Shown: positions 58,236 through 64,000 of the stretch, piece by piece
Numbering within the stretch: position 1 is the stretch's first letter
Layout of the letters: the number at the start of each line of letters is the position of its first letter
Origin: a virus
Lineage: Duplodnaviria; Caudoviricetes
Length of the DNA stretch: 64,000 bases
IMG/VR virus record: IMGVR_UViG_3300043443_000360
Span: 1-64,000 of that record
Reading direction: 5' to 3' (one strand)
Made by a program: the position numbers and the translations under genes
Notes under the pieces: model-generated
What the model saw: only the letters and a program-made list of their open reading frames with translations
Database searches by the model: none
Told to the model about the DNA's origin: nothing

Positions 58236-58654
58236 GGCCTAGGCTCATTTCTAGAGCAGCGTCTTCATGAGAATAAGAATTTGCTAATTCATCTAGCCAG
58301 CAGTGCTCACACATAGGCATAAATTCATCGCACTGATTTTCTTTGCATTTTGGGCAGATACCTGCATAGTATTCATCCATGAATTCATCATTTTCATATT
58401 TCATTAGGGGGTCTCCTTTTGTTCTTTAGATAAGTCTAGCATTTTTCTAGTGCTTTGTCTATTTCTTTTATATTGTTTTTTTGAAGGCACGGCAGAGGCA
58501 GCGTTAGATCTGCGTAATTCTTGCAGTCTACGTAATTCCTCTGGTGTCTTTTTCATAACTTAATACTAGCAAACATGGCTAAAAATGTCAATTTCTTAAA
58601 TGTGATCAATCTCACAAAACGGCTCGGGCCCCATTTATGCAGGGCAGTGAATAA

Positions 58655-58882
58655 TTATTCGTCTTCGTCATCAACTGGTACATACCAATTGAATGTAGCG
58701 TAGTCATCAACTTCAATTAAATCTTCTTCATCATAGTTATCTAAATACATTATTACATAACCATCTGCAAGTGGTGTGATACCAACTACCTGAACAATCT
58801 CACCATTAACTGAAATATAATCGTCAATCTCTAACTGATCGACATTGAGTACATCTACTTTTTTAAATTCCATATTCAACAT
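58655..58882 (-). CDS. Small acidic beta protein
   Basis: ORF chain. Confidence 0.55.
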   Translation of the reverse strand: MLNMEFKKVDVLNVDQLEIDDYISVNGEIVQVVGITPLADGYVIMYLDNYDEEDLIEVDDYATFNWYVPVDDEDE

Positions 58883-58895
58883 TGTAGCACCCATT

Positions 58896-59192
58896 TTATT
58901 CCCCTAAGCAATCAAAGCATTCGCAGTCAATACCATGAGGCAACCAAGCATCTAGGTGGTGAGCCTCAACGATAGCGTGTGCAGGTGCGTATTCTTCTCC
59001 ACGCCAAAATACTCCGTCTGGAAGTTTAATTGGCTGGTCATAGTCTTCTTCCCAATATGCATCTATGGCAGCAATACAAGGCTGAACCATTGACTTAGGG
59101 ACTGGAGGATAGTGATTAGCAACCAAGTGCATTTCAATACTACTTTCAAGGTCTAGAATGGAAGCAAGTTCCTGCGCTGTTGTGTATCCCAT
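58896..59192 (-). CDS. Hypothetical protein
   Basis: HL..NHYPP...EAHHL motif. Confidence 0.7.
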   Translation of the reverse strand: MGYTTAQELASILDLESSIEMHLVANHYPPVPKSMVQPCIAAIDAYWEEDYDQPIKLPDGVFWRGEEYAPAHAIVEAHHLDAWLPHGIDCECFDCLGE

Positions 59193-59194
59193 TA

Positions 59195-59410
59195 TTATTT
59201 TCCTCCTACATTTCCATTACGATAAAATATCTTAGTGTGCATCTTACCTGACGGCTCAGACAAGTTAATTGTGCGATAGTTATTAGCATCGCCAAAGTCA
59301 ATAAACTTATTAAATACATCTACTGCATCAAGTGCGTTATCATAGCGACCAACCCATTCAGGGCTAGTAGCGTTATCGTTAGTGCTAGTTACTGCGTATA
59401 GGTATTCCAT
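59195..59410 (-). CDS. Hypothetical protein
   Basis: Coupled ORF. Confidence 0.6.
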   Translation of the reverse strand: MEYLYAVTSTNDNATSPEWVGRYDNALDAVDVFNKFIDFGDANNYRTINLSEPSGKMHTKIFYRNGNVGGK

Positions 59411-59686
59411 TAGTCATTCTCCTTAGTGATAAATAATTGGTGAGGGTTGCAATCGCAACTTTCTGTATCATAGTCTATACCATTTCCAAAAAATAACCAA
59501 CCTGTGCCATAGCATAAATCGCAAGTAGTTATTTCTGCAACTAGTTCTTTCATCTTAGCCATTAGATAGCCCCTTCCTGAAATAAGCCTATTTCTAAATC
59601 TAGCAATTCGCTAGGTGTAGCATTAGATAAATCTACCCAACCTGCGCCGTCATTGTCAATTCTAAAAATTTCTACATATCCCATTA

Positions 59687-59902
59687 TTATTCACCAACCT
59701 TTACTGCAACTGTACGATAAGTTCTGCGACCAAAATTATTGTAGCCACTATTAGGTGCAACCTCAACAAGATAAGTTTCGCAACCCTCATACCAAACTGC
59801 GTGAGGGTGTTCCTCTGCTGATACAATTTCACCTTGCAAGGTGCGTGAGTAGTAATTAGTTCCTACAAGTAGGTCTTTAATTGAATATACATTTGCGGAC
59901 AT
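59687..59902 (-). CDS. Hypothetical protein
   Basis: SD AAGGAG, promoter upstream. Confidence 0.65.
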   Translation of the reverse strand: MSANVYSIKDLLVGTNYYSRTLQGEIVSAEEHPHAVWYEGCETYLVEVAPNSGYNNFGRRTYRTVAVKVGE

Positions 59903-60164
59903 TCAGTTCTCCTTTCAAGAGACTTTCATTAACTGATATAAATATCTTACACTATGTGGCTGACATTTTCAATTCGACACGCCGTAAGTGTTCAATATTT
60001 ATTTTTTCTTACTATGTAAGTCTAGCCTATTACTCATAAAATATCAACTTACTAGCGAGTATTCTTAAATAGTGAGACGCTCAAAGTCTGTGATAAAAAT
60101 CACATCGTACGTAAGGTTTTCCACAGCCTGTGGATAACTGCTCGGGCCATTTTAGTTGAAATTT

Positions 60165-60192
60165 CAAGCAGTTTTAGATCGTGCTCAGGATT
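60165..60192 (-). ncRNA. Repeated pseudoknot, copy 5 (weaker)
   Basis: aAUC-cUGAGCAc-GAUc-UAAAAC-UGCUUG. Confidence 0.6.
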
Positions 60193-60198
60193 CCTATT

Positions 60199-60345
60199 TT
60201 ATAGTTTTAGTTTTTCTTCTAATTCAATTATGTATTTATCTTTATAGTAAATCGTTACCATTGAATAAATTAACATTAGCATTGAAGCAAGCAACGCAAT
60301 TATTACAGCCCACACAGTCCATAAATCGAAATAGTATGTGTTCAT
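60199..60345 (-). CDS. Small membrane protein (not in ORF track)
   Basis: 48 aa, one TM helix, TAATG coupling. Confidence 0.5.
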   Translation of the reverse strand: MNTYYFDLWTVWAVIIALLASMLMLIYSMVTIYYKDKYIIELEEKLKL

Positions 60346-60518
60346 TATTTGTTACACGCCTCTCTAAACTTTTCAAAATCAAAATTAGCATTATCAGCAG
60401 AGAATAAATCTCCAAACTCATTTACCAAATCTTCAAAAGCAATTTCATGAATTACATCAGAGAATTGGCTAAGAATATCAGCAACAGCGACAAAAGTTTT
60501 TCTTGTGTATGTAGACAT
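60345..60518 (-). CDS. Hypothetical protein
   Basis: TRK.F..VA...DN..FD.EKF..AC motif. Confidence 0.65.
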   Translation of the reverse strand: MSTYTRKTFVAVADILSQFSDVIHEIAFEDLVNEFGDLFSADNANFDFEKFREACNK

Positions 60519-60703
60519 TAGAGAACCGCCTTTCCCTTTAGCGTTCCACGAACACCAAGAATATCGCAAGCGATTTTTACTGAAACGCCAACAGGCAATT
60601 TTTCAGGGTAAGTTGAGATGAACTGAGCAACCGCACCCTTTGAAGGAAGGTTGATTTTTGAAGTTGAACCATTGAAGGTTTCTAGTGTTATAGTGTAAGT
60701 CAT
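60518..60703 (-). CDS. Hypothetical protein
   Basis: SD GAAAGGT. Confidence 0.65.
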   Translation of the reverse strand: MTYTITLETFNGSTSKINLPSKGAVAQFISTYPEKLPVGVSVKIACDILGVRGTLKGKAVL

Positions 60704-61075
60704 TTTGACTACCTTTCATTTTAAGTGATAAGACTATCCTATCACGGGGGTCTGACAAATTAGGGCATTTATTTGCTAGGCTCACTGTGATTTACACCAC
60801 ATTTATTTGCTAGGCTCACTGCCTTATTTATCTTTATTTAATTTTATAGTAGTAATACTAGCATAGAAATCTCAAAAAGTCAAGACGACACGCCGTAACT
60901 TAACTGTGTTTTAAGTCACAACATAAAGGGTGCAAAACGGACATTTCGCCTCGGGCCGCTTTTAGCGGTTTTTTATTTTATTTTTTCTAAAATCTTTTCT
61001 AATTCTTTTAGTTGTTCTAAATTAAGATGATCTAAATTAATTGCATCGCTAAATCCAAATAAATCTTTTTCCATT

Positions 61076-61258
61076 TTAGTTTTCCTTGCTTTCTGCTAAT
61101 TGCTCACGAAATGATTTTGCAATTTCGTTTTGCTGTTTTATTGTGAGTGAAGCCCACATGTATCCCATGAGATAAGCGTTTCCGCTATCTTGAATTCCAC
61201 TACGAATTTGAGTAGACATTTCTTTTATTTCTTTTAAGAGTTCTAAATTAGCGCTCAT
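61076..61258 (-). CDS. Hypothetical protein
   Basis: SD AGGAGG. Confidence 0.6.
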   Translation of the reverse strand: MSANLELLKEIKEMSTQIRSGIQDSGNAYLMGYMWASLTIKQQNEIAKSFREQLAESKEN

Positions 61259-61419
61259 TATTTTGCCTCCTTGTATAGGTAGTCCCATGCCTTACGGCAC
61301 ATCAAGATAGATTCGCAATTATCGCAACATACGATATCGCTATTTAGTTCTAAGTCATACATATCTACGCTAGTAGATGACGCCCCACATACGGAGGGGA
61401 TAGTGAAATAAGTACTCAT

Positions 61420-61674
61420 TTACTTACCTTTCTTTCTAGAATTAAACTTCGCATACTTTACGAATAGTTTACGATAACCACATGTATCGCAATAACGATT
61501 AAAGTAAGGCTGTCTAGTAGAAACACCTTGAACATCTGTCCATGTTTCATGCTTACAATTAGGGTCATTACCCTTTACATTATAGTCACAATAGAAAGTG
61601 GCTACATGTGACCATGATGTGTAACCACCAGCAATTTTAGCGTCTAACGCATTTTGGATATCTGTATAATTCAT
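61420..61674 (-). CDS. Hypothetical Cys/His protein
   Basis: Coupled ORF. Confidence 0.55.
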   Translation of the reverse strand: MNYTDIQNALDAKIAGGYTSWSHVATFYCDYNVKGNDPNCKHETWTDVQGVSTRQPYFNRYCDTCGYRKLFVKYAKFNSRKKGK

Positions 61675-61856
61675 TATTTAGATACCTCCCATTTAGACCA
61701 CATACCTAGACGGTCACCGTCTGAGTCAATATAGAAACTTTCTATATTTTGTTCACATACTTCGCAGAATGTGTAGCATGTATCATTATGGAATGATTTA
61801 GCAGATTTATTAGGTGTATGTGTTTTACATACTTCGTTAATTGTTAGTGTAGTCAT
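61674..61856 (-). CDS. Small zinc-binding protein
   Basis: C..H...C..C; SD GAAAGGT. Confidence 0.6.
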   Translation of the reverse strand: MTTLTINEVCKTHTPNKSAKSFHNDTCYTFCEVCEQNIESFYIDSDGDRLGMWSKWEVSK

Positions 61857-62114
61857 TTTAGACCACCTTTCATTTTTATTAAGTTTACTTCTTTTTCAAC
61901 TTTCTATACATAGAAGTCTAACATAGGGGTCTGACATTTTTAGGGGTACAAAACGGACATAAGGGATATATGGGATTGTGAGGTACATCATGTGGATAAC
62001 TTGAGCGTAAATACGTAGTGTGATGTGCGTCATGTGGATAACTGCCCGAGTCGATGTCCCAAATGTCCGATTTATCCTGTGACATAGATAACATGCGACA
62101 CGCCGTGCTAAGGC

Positions 62115-62143
62115 TTGACTTTTGGGAAAGTGTGTGCTAGTAT
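62115..62143 (+). promoter_or_regulatory. Rightward sigma70-type promoter at the divergence point
   Basis: TTGACT-17-TAGTAT; CRP-like site 62078-62093; palindrome TTGAGA-AAG-TCTCAA at 62158. Confidence 0.65.
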
Positions 62144-62190
62144 TATCCTATAAGAAATTGAGAAAGTCTCAATAAATGAAAGGTAGTCAA

Positions 62191-62406
62191 ATGATTACAC
62201 TAGATAAAAATTACATTAAGTCCTCTAAGTATGGACAATTCAACCTAGAACAGCGTATTGCTATCGCTGCTCAAAAAGTCGCTAATGGCGAGGTAGTATC
62301 TTTTAGAGGTGCTAGTGCTGATACCTATAACAAGGTTATGCAACTTGCTAATCGCATTAAATTAGAAAATGAATTTCCACAATGTCCATGTGGGGAGTGC
62401 GAATAA
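62191..62406 (+). CDS. Hypothetical protein
   Basis: SD GAAAGGT. Confidence 0.6.
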   Translation: MITLDKNYIKSSKYGQFNLEQRIAIAAQKVANGEVVSFRGASADTYNKVMQLANRIKLENEFPQCPCGECE

Positions 62407-62513
62407 TGCACATCTTTCTATGCGATACATGCGATACACTCGCTACAGTTATCCAAGAGGGTAACACGATAACAATAACAAAATGTGCATGTACTTCTAA
62501 TTAAATAGGTGCG

Positions 62514-62551
62514 TATAGTGGGTGCTAATTATGTGCTCACTATATTTTTTT
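62514..62551 (+). terminator. Intrinsic terminator
   Basis: TATAGTGGGTGC/GTGCTCACTATA followed by a T-run. Confidence 0.8.
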
Positions 62552-62619
62552 GTTTTTGTTTTGTAGATCACGTATCATACATCTGGCAAAAATATTCAGA
62601 TTTGTGGTAAAATGAATTC

Positions 62620-62817
62620 ATGGGAATATTAGATAATTTAGAGGAAGCCTGGGACGATGAGTTCAATTTTGAATCTCCAATCTATAAACCAGAAATGGAA
62701 AGTCTCGCTTCAAAAATTTTTTCAGATTTAGTCTGTGCAGAATGTGAATCTAAGCCTATGCCTGTTACTGATGATATGGGTAGGGAAAAATTCTGGGAAG
62801 ACTTAGGAAGACCATAA
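62620..62817 (+). CDS. Hypothetical protein
   Basis: Leaderless after TGGTAAAAT. Confidence 0.55.
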   Translation: MGILDNLEEAWDDEFNFESPIYKPEMESLASKIFSDLVCAECESKPMPVTDDMGREKFWEDLGRP

Positions 62818-63240
62818 AGAACTATACATCTTCTCAACAAAGGCTGGATCTCCTTCAAAGATATCCCTATTGTCTTGACGATATGCTAAATTAAAATTAT
62901 TTTCAGAACACCAAGATCTATACCAATTGATAGCCTCTATATTTGGATTTGGACCTACATTAACTAAAACAATAAAATTTTGGCCTTTACGCATAGCCAT
63001 TACTTGAGATATATCTGGTTTTAGATTTTCTGGAATATCTGGATCTTTTAACCACATACATCTAAATTTTTTGCAAGGGGATAAAGGTCTATCCTCATAT
63101 ATCGTACAACCATGACCCCATGCTAGAAATTCGCAGGGTACTCCATTTCCAAACTTAATGCCATGTGCTCCACCTGATATATATCCTTCACAGCATTTAG
63201 TACAAGAACCACATTCTCTATTTGATAATTCCACGGGCAC
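62803..63240 (-). CDS. YkgJ-like (CxxCxxCC) Cys-cluster protein
   Basis: CGSCTKCC, CEFL...CTIYEDRP..PC..F.C. Confidence 0.8.
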   Translation of the reverse strand: MPVELSNRECGSCTKCCEGYISGGAHGIKFGNGVPCEFLAWGHGCTIYEDRPLSPCKKFRCMWLKDPDIPENLKPDISQVMAMRKGQNFIVLVNVGPNPNIEAINWYRSWCSENNFNLAYRQDNRDIFEGDPAFVEKMYSSLWSS

Positions 63241-63405
63241 TCAAAGCATCATATAAGAGTTCATTGGCATATTTCAATTGAGGCATAGCCTGTTCTAACC
63301 AAGGCTCAATATCTACATTTTGATCTGCTGCCATTTTTCTATTCCAATTAACGACAATATCTGTCATAAAACTAACTACTTCTTGCTTATCCACTTATAT
63401 CTCCG

Positions 63406-63999
63406 TTACTGACAAGGGCCATTCATCATGGCTGCTTTTGCTCTTGAATTCATTAATAGTTTAGCATACTTCTCTGATACCTCATTTGAATGGTCATCTC
63501 CATCTAGCCAATGTTCTTCTTCTAGCGGATTATCATCTAAACTACTGTGTGTTTGACATAGGATAATATCGTAATAATCACCCTCTTGGAAATCATAGTC
63601 AGGTCTCCAGTGAGATTGATGTGTCCCGCTGAACCAAATACCCTTGTTTTTTTCCATAGTAAATTTTTCATCTTCTACATAAAAATCCCAATTGATGTTT
63701 GTATCTAACTCTACAGTAAACATCAAAGCCACATGTGTTTCCGATCTATCTTGGTGTGGCATTAATGTGGGCAAAGCACCGCTTTCAAGCGTATATCTAG
63801 CCCATAGGATGCCTATGTGATCTACAGGAGCATTAGCCTCTTTTTCGAATTTCGCTCGAATTTTATCTTCGACTTCTTGAGATAATCCAGGTAGTGGACC
63901 CTGGCGACGCTCCGAAAGAAAAACAACGTTAAATCCATTATTAGTATTTTTGCGGAAGTGTTGCCACTTATCTCCCGAATCTTTAATTCCCATTTCCAT
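63406..63999 (-). CDS. 2OG-Fe(II) oxygenase-like protein, probably truncated by the window edge
   Basis: LMPHQD...FSGTHQSHWRP. Confidence 0.75.
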   Translation of the reverse strand: MEMGIKDSGDKWQHFRKNTNNGFNVVFLSERRQGPLPGLSQEVEDKIRAKFEKEANAPVDHIGILWARYTLESGALPTLMPHQDRSETHVALMFTVELDTNINWDFYVEDEKFTMEKNKGIWFSGTHQSHWRPDYDFQEGDYYDIILCQTHSSLDDNPLEEEHWLDGDDHSNEVSEKYAKLLMNSRAKAAMMNGPCQ

Positions 64000-64000
64000 A

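Noticed and set aside
54380-60192. Pseudoknot repeats as hammerhead or pistol ribozymes, preQ1/SAM-II riboswitches, or plain terminators
   Set aside because: No CUGANGA/GAAA three-way junction, no pistol P2/P3, no riboswitch ligand-pocket consensus; most copies lack a U-tract.
1-64000. Stop-codon reassignment or prophage status
   Set aside because: Genes are intact in the standard code, no suppressor tRNA, and no integrase or host flank in the window.

Overview
This is a 64-kb segment of a large, AT-rich tailed dsDNA phage. The host is most likely an Actinobacterium, judged from a WhiB gene, DnaE-type polymerase, and many leaderless genes with extended -10 promoters; a freshwater low-GC actinobacterial host is my inference. 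Layout: (i) 1-20 kb, + strand: end of a virion/tail block, then a replication-recombination-packaging core (DnaB, DnaG, SSB, DnaE, MazG-like, RecA, resolvases, Cas4-like nuclease, RuvC, TerS/TerL), interrupted by five 2OG-Fe(II) oxygenases. (ii) 20-39 kb, mostly +: secreted/membrane proteins, an HslV/proteasome-beta-like peptidase, subtilisin-like protease, endolysin, sulfotransferase/APS-kinase module, thermonuclease, thioredoxin, WhiB, Hsp20, RsmI-like methylase, 2 tRNAs. (iii) 39-50 kb, mostly -: carbamoyltransferase, methyltransferases, more oxygenases, a 5-tRNA cluster and a DenV-like glycosylase. (iv) 50.4-51.0 kb: a non-coding origin-like block with DnaA boxes, 22-bp-period repeats, MraZ-type repeats and an AT-rich tract. 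(v) 51-62 kb, - strand: small early/host-takeover genes in promoter-led modules. The most novel signals are in (iv)-(v): a six-copy H-type RNA pseudoknot family with a fully covarying stem placed just after stop codons, and a dense collection of sites resembling host-regulator boxes (CRP, DnaA, MraZ, ArgR, GACAC). Also notable: a ROSE-like RNA thermometer on hsp20, a hairpin/internal-promoter switch on the peptidase gene, and a large hydroxylation/sulfation/carbamoylation/methylation toolkit. All calls come from reading motifs by eye; no database searches were run.
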